Source: Octopus sinensis (lineage: Eukaryota). Taken from it: a DNA stretch of 64,000 bases. Positions 1 through 35,139 of the stretch are shown one piece after another. The notes below the pieces were generated by a model. The model saw only the letters and a program-made list of their open reading frames with translations, was not told the origin of the DNA and did not search any database. The position numbers and the translations under genes are program-made. Location: assembly GCF_006345805.1 (NCBI RefSeq), contig NC_043006.1:63550001-63614000 (forward strand), in the 5' to 3' direction. The first letter of the stretch is position 1, and each line of letters starts with the position of its first letter.

Positions 1-304
1 AGGATCGATGTCATCAACTTATCCTCTCATCAGAAATTGCTAGCCTAGTCCTAAAATTTGAAATCATTATCATTATTTTTACTTCTTTCTTCAAATTTTC
101 TTCCGTTTCTCGCCGAGTGTTTTCCGTACACCTAGGGCAGAGATGCTCATTGTATGCATTCCCAGATTACACACACAAATTCACAGGTAAATTTATGTAT
201 TTAAAAAATTAATAAATAAATAAATTCATGAATGGATGTGGTTTTCACAATAATAATGCTCTTCTCAGTACATGAGCTGTTCCAGTTAACATGATTTTTT
301 GCAC

Positions 305-336
<32 letters not shown>

Positions 337-990
337 TAATCTTATTTTTATCACATGCCTTGGGTATCTACTGTGGTTTGTTGTGGTGCTCTTATTTTTA
401 CAGTATTGAAAGTGTTTTATGTGTGCAATACCTTGGAGTGCTATTTTCTGTATGCTTGTAAGTCCTGGTGTTTTTGTTAGGTATTTGTCTGAATGTTTTT
501 TTTATCATACCTAATGCACATTCTATGATAGGAATTATTTCTGTTTTTAGGCTCCACATTTGAGTTATCTCTATTTCCAGATCTTTGTATTTTTAAAGTT
601 TCTCCATTTCTTTTAGAGAAACATTCTTATCTATTAGTATTGATACATTGATTAAAAAGCATTTTTTTTCTTGATGATCTCTGACAACTATATCCGGCCT
701 ACTGGCCTTAATTTCTCTGTGTATATTAGCATATCCCAGAGTATGGTTGCTTTCTCATTTTCTGCAACCTTTTCTGGTGTGTGCCTATGCCATCTTTTTC
801 TGTTGTTATTCCATAGTATTGGCATAGCTTCCAGTGTATATAGGTCCCAACTCTGACATGTCTGTGAATATATTCCTTCTTAGCAAGGACTGGGCAGCCA
901 CAGACAATATGATTTATTGTATCTTCTCAGTTATTTGTATTTCTTTTCATCACGTGTTTTTGGTGATCTCTGGTGGGAAGGCTCTGGTCT
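305..990 (-). mobile_element. R4/Dong-clade non-LTR retrotransposon 3' fragment
   Basis: Minus strand reads TINHIVCGCPVLAKKEYIHRH (end of CCHC finger) then RPDIVV...CFLI.V...KYKDLEIEI..MW (restriction-like endonuclease), degenerate; ends in a (TAA)n tract at 305-333. Confidence 0.8.
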
Positions 991-1138
991 TGTGCTGCAA
1001 ATAAAAATCCTTCAGCCTCTGCTTTGAGTCCTGAGCTTCTCAGCCATTGTTAGGATTTTGCTTTGGCTATTTCTTTTCTGATTAGCTTCCTTCTCCTCCT
1101 CCTTCTTCTTCTTCTTCTTCTTTTTCTCATTATTATTA

Positions 1139-1180
<42 letters not shown>

Positions 1181-1192
1181 TATTATTATTAT

Positions 1193-1400
1193 TAAGGCAG
1201 TGAGCTGGTAGAATCATTAACATGTCAAACAAAAAGCTTAGTGGTATTTCATCAAACTTTTTGTTCTGAGTTCAAATTCTGAGGTCGACTTTGGTTTCAT
1301 CCTTTGAGGTCAATGAAATAAGTACATGTGTACAGGAGCTGATGTAACTGACTTACTCCTTCCTGAAAAAAATCAGGCCTTGTGCCTATAATAGAAAGGA
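1193..1400 (+). mobile_element. tRNA-derived SINE with Deu/Nin-like central domain (related copies near 10740-10910, 25700-26310, 38190-38600, 45905-46320, 58780-58920, 60480-60650)
   Basis: Repeated in the window: ggcagtgagctgg...gagttcaaatt (B-box)...gtcgacttt g ctttcatccttt ggggtcgataaa...gtaccagt. Confidence 0.75.
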
Positions 1401-1524
1401 TTATTCATTATCATCATCATTTTACATCCATTTTTGTAGCACTTTTGCATTCAACACACAAGCTTCACTACATGTAGTATTTTACTCCAAGCAAAAACTA
1501 TAAATGAAAATATTTTCAACTTAC

Positions 1525-24344
<22,820 letters not shown>

Positions 24345-24829
24345 TAGCTCAATATGACTGACTATGAAGATAAACGTAAATAACCTAAAAATGGAAATTT
24401 ATTATATATGCATCAGGAGCCAAGTGGAGAGGCTTGCCACTACACTTAGTTTAGGAATATAGATTTTTAGTTCAAATCCAGTTAGGTACTACGTACATAT
24501 CCAGAAATAACGCACCTGATGATAATTGGATATCAGACCCCAATGAAACATAATGCAGGTATAAATGCTGATTTCAAATTTTGGTAATGACACAAGGATC
24601 AGATGATGAAATTTTGGTAGTGATCTGGGAATTTTATGGATTCTTGAAGGATTTTTCATTTGTTATATTTACTTTACATGAAGTATTATAATGTTATGTT
24701 CTTTGATTATCTCCCTTGAAAACACATTCATCGTTTGCATGTAACCTATGGTGGCATTGCTGTTTCCAAAGTTTATTTACGTTTCTCTATTAGTAATTTT
24801 ACTTGTGTATCTATCTTAAAATGAGCTGC

Positions 24830-25330
24830 TTGGCAGAGGTCTGCAGAGAATAACATGACAAGCCTTGACTATTGGGATTGACTCAAAAAGCTCAGGCTCT
24901 GCTCCCTCCACCACCGCTGTGAGCTCTATATCATCTGTATCATGTGGAAAATCTTCCATCAATATTGCCCATCTTTAAAATTTGTCCGAGGCTTGGCTCC
25001 CATGCCATCCGTCCACTACAGAAATGTTCATGTCGTATCACAACACTATGACAGAACTATTTCACCTCAATTGGCCCTGCTCTCTTCAACATCGTACCAG
25101 ACACACATAAAGGAGGAAAGTGACTTCACGGCATTCAAACGATCCCTAGATGATTACCCCCAACAAATACCAGATAAACCACCCACACCCAGATATGTCT
25201 CTGAAAACAATAACTCTCTGCTTGAATGGGCAACGGTTCACCAGAGCTGATTGTGTATCTCTTCCAAGTGGTGCTATTACAGTAGACATGGCCTGAATCA
25301 ACTTCGGCAGAAACTTATCTAATTAATCTA
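24830..25330 (+). mobile_element. CR1/L2-type LINE 3' fragment
   Basis: ...FTAFKRSLDDYPQQIPDKP C-terminal motif, then a short tandem tail. Confidence 0.6.
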
Positions 25331-27679
25331 ATTTATGCTGTAACCTTTTAATCAAAGCATGACAACGTGAGTAGAGGCTGATATCTTAACATTTCTGATG
25401 GTCTTAAGTATAAAAACAATTATTAAAGATTTATATAGAACTACATTCAGAGTATATCTATAAGTTATTGTGTTTAGACCTGGTTTCTATCCTCAAACTG
25501 TTCCGTTTTGAAGATGAATTTTTTTCTTTTTAATAAAGCACTCCGAAATTAGAAAAATCAAAAATCTGCAACAATCTCGGTCCCATGAGTATCAGATAAT
25601 GGATTTTCAGCTGTGTAAAGAAACTGATTGTGGTGATTGTAGTTTTGATGGTGATTGTGGTGAAAGCAGAAACAGTCTTGATGATGGCAATGGTCAAGAT
25701 AAGTATGGGAGGAGGTTAAGTTTTTGCCGGCGTTGGTTTGGGAAATTGGGCAATTTTCAGCATGCGTGTATATGGGTGGGAATGAGCTGCCTGGCGGAGG
25801 TCTGCGCTCTCTGAGTGCTTTGGTGGTGGTGGTGGCGGCGGTGGCAGCGGTGGTGGCTGTTGTTGTTGTTGTTGTTATTATTATTATTATCGAGGCAACA
25901 AGTTGGCAGAATCCTTACCATGCCAGGCAAAATGCTTAGCCGCATTTCATCTGCCTTTACCTTCTGAGTTCAAATTCTTATGGGGTCAATAAAGTAAGTA
26001 CCAGTTGAACACTGGGATCAACATAATCAACTTATCCCCTTCGCTGAACTTGCTGGCCTTGTGCCAAAATTTGAAATCATCATTATTATTATTGTTATTA
26101 TAATAACAATAATAATTTTGGCACAAGACCAGTGGCTTTTGAGAGGACAGGGAAGTCGATTGTATTAACACCAGTATCTGACTGGTATTTATTTTATCAA
26201 CCCTGAAAGGATAAAAAACAATGTCAACCATGGCAGAGTTTGAATTCAGAACATAAGACAGATGAAATGCACTAAGCCCAGTGTGCTAATGGTTCTGCCA
26301 GCTCACCAATTAAGTAGTAGTAGTTGCAGCAATAGTAGCAGCAGTGAAGGCGCAATGGCCCAGTGGTTAGGGCAGCAGACTCGCAGTCAGAGGATCATGG
26401 TTTCGATTCCCAGACCGGGCGTTGTGTGTGTTTATTGAGTGAAAACACCTAAAGCTCCACGAGGCTCCGGCAGGGGGTTGTAGTGACCCCTGTTGCACTC
26501 TTTCACTCCAACTTTCTCTCACTCTTTCTTCCTGTTTCTTGTCCCCGACTTCCTACGCAACCACTGAGCCTGGATACGCATTCATCCATCCATCGATGCT
26601 CTTGGTGTCGGGGGTTGACCTGCTTTCTCTTCTGCAGGTCTTACGAATAGAAAAGGACCACGTTTCGGACTTCTCCCACTACAACTGTGATGAAGACCGC
26701 TTTGCTAAACAAATAAACAAACAAGCAGCAGTAACGACAACAACAACAATAATGTGAGATACAGACTTACTTGTAGAAGAATTAATCCCAAAGGTCAGGA
26801 GGAATATCAACTGAAAGAGAAATATAAATATCACTTTAAGACATGTAACTATATATATATATATATATCAAGTAAAGTAAGTAGCTACTATATCAGTTAA
26901 AAATAAAAAAATAAAAATGAGCAACAGGAACTAACACAAATGGGTTAATGACGTGGACTTAAATAATTAAGTTAAATGATGATACACAAAATAATTTGTA
27001 ATTATTTGAAAATCTCCTCTTAGTTGGAGGAAAAAAAAACAAAAGCCCTACAAGCAATAGTTAACAACTCTCAAATGAAAAGGGAGGATATTTTCAGAAA
27101 ATTAAGAATTGATTTCCCAAATTAATTTACATGCTTAAGGAAAGAATAGACTAATATTAGTTTTCAGGCAAGGGACAACTATGAATATGATCCAGTCTAG
27201 GAAACCATTGTCAGCATAATGTAGTCTAACCAAGCCCGGAAATCAGTGGACTAATTTATATACTGTTTTACTTATTTCAGTCATTTGACTGCGGCCATGC
27301 TGGAGCACCGCCTTTAATCGAGCAACTCAACCCTGGGACTTATTCTTTTGTAAGCCCAGTACTTATTCTATCGGTTTCTTTTGGGACTGAACCCGGAACC
27401 ATGTGGTTGGTAAACAAGCTATATGTAGAAAAAAGTTACGAATATTTTTGGCCAAACGTTGCATCATAATTTGGTCAGTCAGACGGCCCAGGGATGTAAT
27501 AGAAAACACTTACAATAAGATTGATTCCAGAACGATGTGGTTGGGAAGCAAACTTCTTACCACACAACCGTGTGTGTGTAGCCACAGACATAGTTGTGTT
27601 GTTAAAAAGCTTGCTCTCCTAACTATGTGGTCTTGGGTTCAGTTCCACTGTGCAGTACTTTGGGCATGTCTTCTACTTT

Positions 27680-28110
27680 AGTGCCAGACCAACCAAAGCC
27701 TTGTGCATGGATTTGATAAACAAAAGTGAAAGAGATTCATTGTATTTATGTACATGTTTGTGTGCATGTGTGTGTGCTTGCATTTGTGTATCACTTGATG
27801 GTTGTAAATAAGCATCACTGTCATACAAGCAAGGTTATTAATTTCCATCACCTTACTGGCACCTGTGCCAGTGGCATGTGTAAAAGATTCGAGTGAGGTC
27901 GTTGCCAGTACCGCCTGACTGGCCCCATGCCAGTAGCATGTAAAAGCACCCACTACACTCTCGGAGTGGTTGGCATTAGGAAGGGCATCCAGCTGTAGCA
28001 ACTCTGCCAGATCAAGATTGGAGCCTGGTGCAGCCATCTGGTTTGCCAGTCCTCAGTCATTCATCCAACTCATGCTAGCATGGAAAGCGGATGTTAAACG
28101 ATGATGACGA
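27680..28110 (+). mobile_element. SINE fragment plus RTE 3'UTR
   Basis: Shared ggagtggttggcattaggaagggcatccagctg block and a GAT tail. Confidence 0.7.
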
Positions 28111-28229
28111 TATGAAAAACATGTCTGGCCACTTGCTAGGAAGTAGGTGAGGGTTTGGTAACAGGAAAGACATCCAGCTATAGAAAATCTGTCTCAATAA
28201 AGTCAGTCCAGACATTAAATGATGACAAT

Positions 28230-30600
28230 GTAAGTATGTGTGTGTGAGTGATCACAGACGTTGTATGTGCTGAAGCTGCAGTATTCTAGCAGCCACCTCT
28301 TCAGGCGACAACAGTTCTCCTAAGTAGCCAGGAATAATAGTGAAGTGAGAGAAAGGGGTGGTGTCAGTCGTCGGAAGCAGCCACATTATTGTTGTTACCA
28401 GTGGGGTGCCAACATTCCCACAGCTTTCTCCAATCATGGTAAGTGGGGAGGAATCATCACAGAGGCAACACAGGCTTGCTTGGAGAGGAAAAGTTTATCA
28501 GTTGAAGGAGTGGTGTAGACGATTTGACAGGTCATGCACTTCACAAAGGATGGGGCATTCCCAGATATGTGTAGGATCAGGGCACTGATGATATCTATGG
28601 GGCTGCTGTTAACGGCAGTCATTTTCATATTGACTGGTATAAGGTGGCACTAGTCCAGGCCCAGTTTGGATAGGAGCCTTGTCCCAGCCAGGCATGGCTA
28701 GCATCCAGTGTCTGCCATAGCATTGTGAAGGTTAACTGCAGTCAGTCATAAAAGAGAAGTGGGGAAGCCCAATGCCTTTGTGTCAGCTGCGTCAGCTTCT
28801 ATGAAGATAGTGACAAAGGGATGGGAGTCAGAAGAGCCTTTCACCTAGGCATCACAGAGCTCATTATACACATGGTGGTGAAGAATTATTGCTTGGGTAG
28901 AGGATTTATCAGAGAGATCAACCACAAGGCACAGACTGTTGAATATTGCAAATGTGTGGTCTTCCATGTCAGCTGCGTTAGTTTGAGCCTGTCACTGGGG
29001 ATGGCATTGTTAGCAGCAGACACTCTCATAGTGATGCAGGATGCCACATGTAGGTGCACTTGTGGTTGTAGGCAGGGCCTTTGCTCATGTGTTCTTGTAC
29101 ATGACATCCGTGGTCGTGCGCTTTCCACAGTGACTGCAGAGGGTAGAGATGGGTGTGTCACAGGGTTCACCGGATTTATTGACTAGGTGGTGCCACTCCT
29201 GGTGCCTATATAAGCTGGAGGCCGTGGTGGCTGAGGTAGTGCTGGCTGGCTGAGCATTTTCTGCTTTCTTTTGCTTCAACGTACCTCAGGGCTTTTTCCA
29301 GAGTCATGTCTTGCTTGGAGTCACCCAGGATGTCGAGGTGGATGAGCTGGCTGGCTGAGCATTTTCTGCTTTCTTTTGCTTCAACGTACCTCAGGGCTTT
29401 CAGAGTCATGTCTTGCTTGGAGTCACCCAGGATGTCGAGGTGGATCTCCTCGTCCTCCAACCCATGTATGAGAGCATCACAGACTACGATGTCTCTGTAA
29501 TCAATCATGGCATTGCAGGCCTATGAAGGGCATTCCACCTTGAAGTTGTAGACACCTGCCTGCCCTCAAAAACACGCAGCGAAGCACCTGACGTGTTCAT
29601 CCCAGTCCTGGCACAACTGTTGTAGCTGCACACGAGCAACCATGACATTTTCTTGGCAGACAGACAGGGACTTAATGTGACTGAGGACTGTTTGCTCATC
29701 ACTGGAGGCCAGTACACCAAACAGCCATGTGAGATCTTTTCTGAGGGTTTCATCACAGCATTCAAGAAGCTGGAAGATAACATCATTACTCATAAGGCGA
29801 GTGGTTTGTTTGTAGTCTCACCATCTCTGCTCAAAGTAAGCCCACTCCTCGCTAGTTCCAGCTGTGGAGATAACAGAGTGGCAGACCTTCTCAGGTGAGA
29901 CTTTCATGGGAGCAGCCAGTTGCACAACCATCTGATGGGCAATGGCCCAATGAAGATCGATGAGGTGGGTCAGTACCTCTACGGGAGTGTTTGCAGGCCA
30001 ACTTATGGCACAGTCAGATATGGGATAGGGTATGTTGGCCATGTTGACTAGCTTTTTGTCATAAATAAGCCTGACAACTCTTTACTTTCACCAACACTTT
30101 ATTTACGTAGACTGAAGCAATGAAAAAAAGGGTCTTCAGTATACCTGAAATGTGAAGGAAAAGATGATGGATAATGAAATGAATAATGTCTGGCAAATTA
30201 AATGCAATGTAATAAATGATAAAATATGTGTGTTTAGTTATAATTCTCTAAAAACATTTCCCTCTTAGAAAAAGAAACAAAAAAAAATGCAGTTATAATT
30301 CTCAAAGAAAAAGGGGAGATAATTTCAAAATATTAAAAAATATCTCTGGAACTAGCGAGGAGTGGGCTTACTTTGAGCAGAGATGGTCAGACTACAAACA
30401 AGCCACTCGCCTTATGGGTAATGACGTTATCTTCCAGCTTCTTGAATGCTGCGATGAAACCCTCAGAAAAGATCTCACATGGATGTTTGGTGTACTGGCC
30501 TCCAGTGATGAGCAAATAGTCCTCAGTCACATTAAGCTGTGGCTGTGTAGTCCTATCCTGGACAAACACTCCCTCTGGCAGGTGCCGCAAATATAGCTAA
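28230..30600 (-). pseudogene. Gypsy LTR-retrotransposon gag/protease relic with internal duplications
   Basis: Minus-strand remnants WAYFEQRW, VIFQLLECCDETLRKDL, DALIHGLEDEEI..DIL, CSHCG, protease-like MADTGC*PCLAG; 30350-30575 duplicates 29680-29870. Confidence 0.7.
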
Positions 30601-30879
30601 GACTTTGCCTGGCTGGTTGTGATGTCATAGTTTCTTGTTGATGTCTTTTCTTGTCTTTCCATCTCTCCTCTCTCTCTATCTGTCACTCCTTTGTGTTCCT
30701 TCTTTTACGATACGTCACCAATCTTCATGGTTGCTAACAACAGCTTCCCAGTTGCTAATATTGAATTTGCAGGCCTTCATGACCCTTTTGCAAACATTCT
30801 TGTATTGTGAGAATGGTCTTCTCGCAGACCTAGTGCCCCTAGCAAGCTCTCCGTAGAGGTAACTTTGGCTTAGTTATCA

Positions 30880-31230
30880 GCCACAAGAAGACCAACATCA
30901 TGGGTCAGGCTACATCGGACATCCCAGACATACATATTGGAGACCTAAGACTACAGGAGGTGGAGAGGTTTACCTATCTTGGCTCTACCATCACCTACAA
31001 CCTATCCCTTGATGCTGAGCTCAATATACGCATTGGCAAGGCAGCTGCTGTGATGGCCCAACTCTCCAAATGGGCATGGGACAACAATAAGCTGACCAAA
31101 ACCACAAAAATGAAGATTTACCAGGCATGTGTACTTAGCACTCCACTGTATGGAAATGAGACTTGGACGCCATCCACACGCCAGGAGCGTTGCCTAAATA
31201 TCTTTCACCTGCGCTGTCTCCGGAAAATAC
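30880..31230 (+). mobile_element. RTE LINE C-terminal RT/thumb fragment
   Basis: VERFTYLGS...ELNIRIGKA...KMKIYQACVLSTPLYGNETW. Confidence 0.9.
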
Positions 31231-33064
31231 TTACATATATATTCAGATAAATATATAAAAAATAAATACATCTATTAAATAATAGTAAAATAAATTAAAA
31301 ATAAATTTATAATTATAATTTTTACAAATTTAAAACCTACTAACTATTTAAAATAATTATAGCTAATATAGAATTATATAAGTTATAATATAATGGAATT
31401 TAAATAAACATTATTATAAAATAATTTACACACAATATACTTTTAGATTAATAAATCTTTAGTATTATATTGATAAAATATTGATAATAAATAAATAATT
31501 CTAATCAATTTATTAAATAATAATAATAATAATAATAATAGTATATATATATACATCTATCTAAATTACAAATCTGAAGCAAGATTTATACACACACACA
31601 CACACATATATATATACACATATATCTACATGTATACATATATATATACATTCTAAAGATTATATAACAATATAACATTTATCTAAAATAGTTTATACTT
31701 TAATACCCAATAATCCTCCAAATAGTCAATTCAATTTAATTATATTTTCTAAGTACATATTTTTAAGAGTGTTTACAAGATAAAACATGTTCTTGTCTGT
31801 TGTTAAGAAGTTTCTTTTTTGAAGTTAAAAGTTGATATATTTCCTCCACACATAAGTTACATCTATCATCAGCAATACACCAGAGAAGACAGGCACCACC
31901 AGTGTTCTCTCTCTCTCTTGAAGCATATCATGATAGTGCATCTAAACTCAAATGCTATATTGGATTAGTTGGCCCCTGGTTTGACTGAGGACTGGGAAAG
32001 ATGGGCAGAGGACACTGGTCTCTTTCTAAGCACCAACAGCCTCCTTAGGCTATAGGATTTGGTTAGTTGGTCTGATTGGAATCCCTTTGATAAAAAGCTT
32101 AGTTGGTCAGGGCTGACTCTGGGGCTACATAACAACAATAACAACTTAGAATTAGTCAAACTCAGCCAAAGAATGAAAGTGAGTGCCTTAATCTCAGGAA
32201 CGCATAGGATATTAATCCTTTAATGCAAGAAGAAAGGGCAATGCCCATAGTCTATAATGGAATATTTATATTATCAGTTATTTTTAGGACAAAATGCTTC
32301 CAGGCATACCCATACTATTGATTTATTTTTCATAGATAATATCTTTAGGTCCATATTATCAAATATGTTGAGGGTGATTTGGCTTCTATTTCTAGTAAGT
32401 GGTCTGGTTTCTTCATTACTCAGCTGTTTGGTCAAGATGCTGTATTGGATTGCTATGTTACTCCCACCACCACCATGAACAGGACACAAACTAACTATCA
32501 ATAAGTTGGTAATGTTGTTCAACAGTTTATAATCTCAGCTGGTCAAGCTCTGAATATCAGAAATTAAATCATAAATAAAGTTTATATAGCATCAGTCTCA
32601 TCTGTTTGCAAACAAAGAATTCTAAAAATATAGCTGATGTAACATTGGTCTTTATCTACTTAAAAGCAGATAAAATACTGAAAATAAAATCGGCAAAACA
32701 ATGGTTTTTATCAGATTAGAAACAGAAATAATACTGAAAATACACTTGACATACTATTAAGTTGACAAAGATGTAGGTGAAAATATAATTGACATAGCAT
32801 TAATCTGATTGCTTTGGAAACAAATATAAAGGGGATGTGACACTGGTCTTATCTGTACAAAAGTAGAGATAAGATTGAAAAATAAAGTCAATATATATTG
32901 CAAACATATCAATGGGTTTGAAGGAATAATCTGGTTTATCAAAACACAATATATAATTTTGTTGTTGTTTAAATGAATTTTCTCATTTGCGTGTATCTTA
33001 ATGCTATGCCACATCATAATAATCCTTATTATTATTATTATTGATATTATATACTCCAGGAAAC

Positions 33065-34500
33065 CTGTATCATCATCATCATTTAACATCTGCTTTCCAT
33101 GCTGGCATGGGTTGGATGGTTTCACTGAGTGCTGACAAACTAGGAGGTTGCTCCAGACTCCAATCGATCTGGCAAGGTTCCTACAGCTAGATGCCTTTCC
33201 TAACACCAACCACTTCAAGAGTGTAGTGGATGCTTTTTATGTGCCACCAGCACAGGGGCCAGTCAGACAGCACTGGCATTGTCCACGCTTGAATGGTGCT
33301 CTTTACATGCCACTAGTATGGGTGCCAATCAGGCGGCACTGGCATCAGCCACAACTACAATCTCACTTGACTCCACAGGTTTTCTCAAGCACAGCATATC
33401 GCTCAACGATTGAAGGCTACTTTTAAATAGGCCAGTTATGTGACACTGGTATTGGCTGCAGCTATGATCTCACTTGGCTTGCCAGTCTTCTCAAACACAC
33501 CATATCTCCAAAGGTCTCAGTCATTTGTCATTGCCTCTGTGAGGCCCAATGTTTGAAGATCATGCTTCACCACCTCATCCCATGTCTTCCTGGGTCTACC
33601 TCTTTCACAGGTTCCTTCCATTGTTAAAGTGTGACACTTCTTCCCACAGCTGTCCTTATCCATATGCAACACATGACCATACCAGCACAGTTGTCTCTCT
33701 TGCACACCACATCTGATGCTTCTTATGCCCAACTTTTCTTTCGGGGCACTTACACTCAGTCGTGTATGCACACTGACATTACACATCCAGTGGAGCATAC
33801 CAGCTTCGTTTCTTTCAAGCCTATGCATGTCCTCAGCAGTCACAGCCCATCATATAATCTACCTTTCATGCTGAGTGAAAAGCCCTTTGTTACCAACAGA
33901 GGTAAGAGCTCCCTGAACTTTGTCCAGGCTGTTCTTATTCTAGCAGCTGTGCTCTCAGAGCATTCACCCCCCCCCCCCACAACTGACTTGGTCACCTAGG
34001 TAATGGAAGCTATTAACTACTTCTAGTTTTTTCCCTTAGCATGTGATGGAATCTGTTTTCTGTACATCTTTGATGTTTATTGCCCCTGTGCATCTGCCAC
34101 ACACAAAAACTATCCTCCCAGTTAACATTCCCTTGATATTGCTGCACCTCTTATGTGTCCATAGCATACAACAGGTACTTCTTATAGAGTTTCTACCTAT
34201 CCCTTTTCTACAGATTGAGCAGGGCCATCTACCCGAAGGGATTTGTGATTTGTCTGCCTTCCTACTTACTAAGACTTTAGTTCTTTCTAGATTGATGCTA
34301 AGGCCCTTTGATTTCTAGACCTTGCTTCCACGCCTGAAACTTCTTCTCTAGTTCTGATAATGACTCAGCTATTAGGTCATCAGCATAGAGGAGCTCCGAG
34401 GAGCAGCCTGTCTTGAATTCCTCTGCTATTGACTTTCATCACCTGATCCAACAATTTGATACCTCTGTAATTATTCTTATGTAACCACATCTTGCTAATA
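33065..34500 (-). mobile_element. RTE LINE 3' portion
   Basis: LERNEAGML.WMC...WYGHVLHM...GRPRKTWDEVV, upstream Cys-rich finger and (ATC)n tail. Confidence 0.85.
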
Positions 34501-35139
34501 TACTCCATGTTAGGTACAATTTTTTTTCTGTAGCTGGATGTTCTTCTTAACACCAGCCACTGGGTACACTACATAGAATTCCTATATATACTTTTCTACA
34601 AATCTGGCATGGCCATTTCTTTGATAGCAGTAGTGTCTATAGTAGTATGTGGTCTGTAGCTAAAATAGTTGAATGATCTATCTTGCAAGAAGTTTTATAG
34701 AGTAATCTCCCTTTAATAAGTTTCTCAAAACACCTACATCATGAGAAGTAATTCTTAATTATTCAAGAAGCTTCACGTTTCTCTTGGAAGTTTCTAGAAT
34801 GTCTAAAATTCCATTAATAAAAACAGCTTGCTTGCCCTGCTCTTTGCTTCTTAGTCAACTAGACTCTGAGCCATTCATGTCATTGCTATGCCTGTCTTTC
34901 ATTATGCCACATGACTGAAAACCATCACTTAGCTGTTATTTCTACATTTCTGAACTTTCTTGCATAGATTACTTCATTCAATTAGATTCTACATTTTGAT
35001 TATATTTCATCAACAACCAATGAATAAAATATATTTTTATGTATTAAATATATAGTTTTTAAATTTATTCTTCTTTTTTGTAAAAATCCTTCTAATAATA
35101 TACATGCAGCCATTTCAATACTTGATACTGAACCACACT

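Noticed and set aside
31960-32522. Host gene exon or signal-peptide ORF
   Set aside because: No consistent splice model; GGGGS...SIVWVCL looks more like a decayed LINE endonuclease fragment, too weak to annotate.
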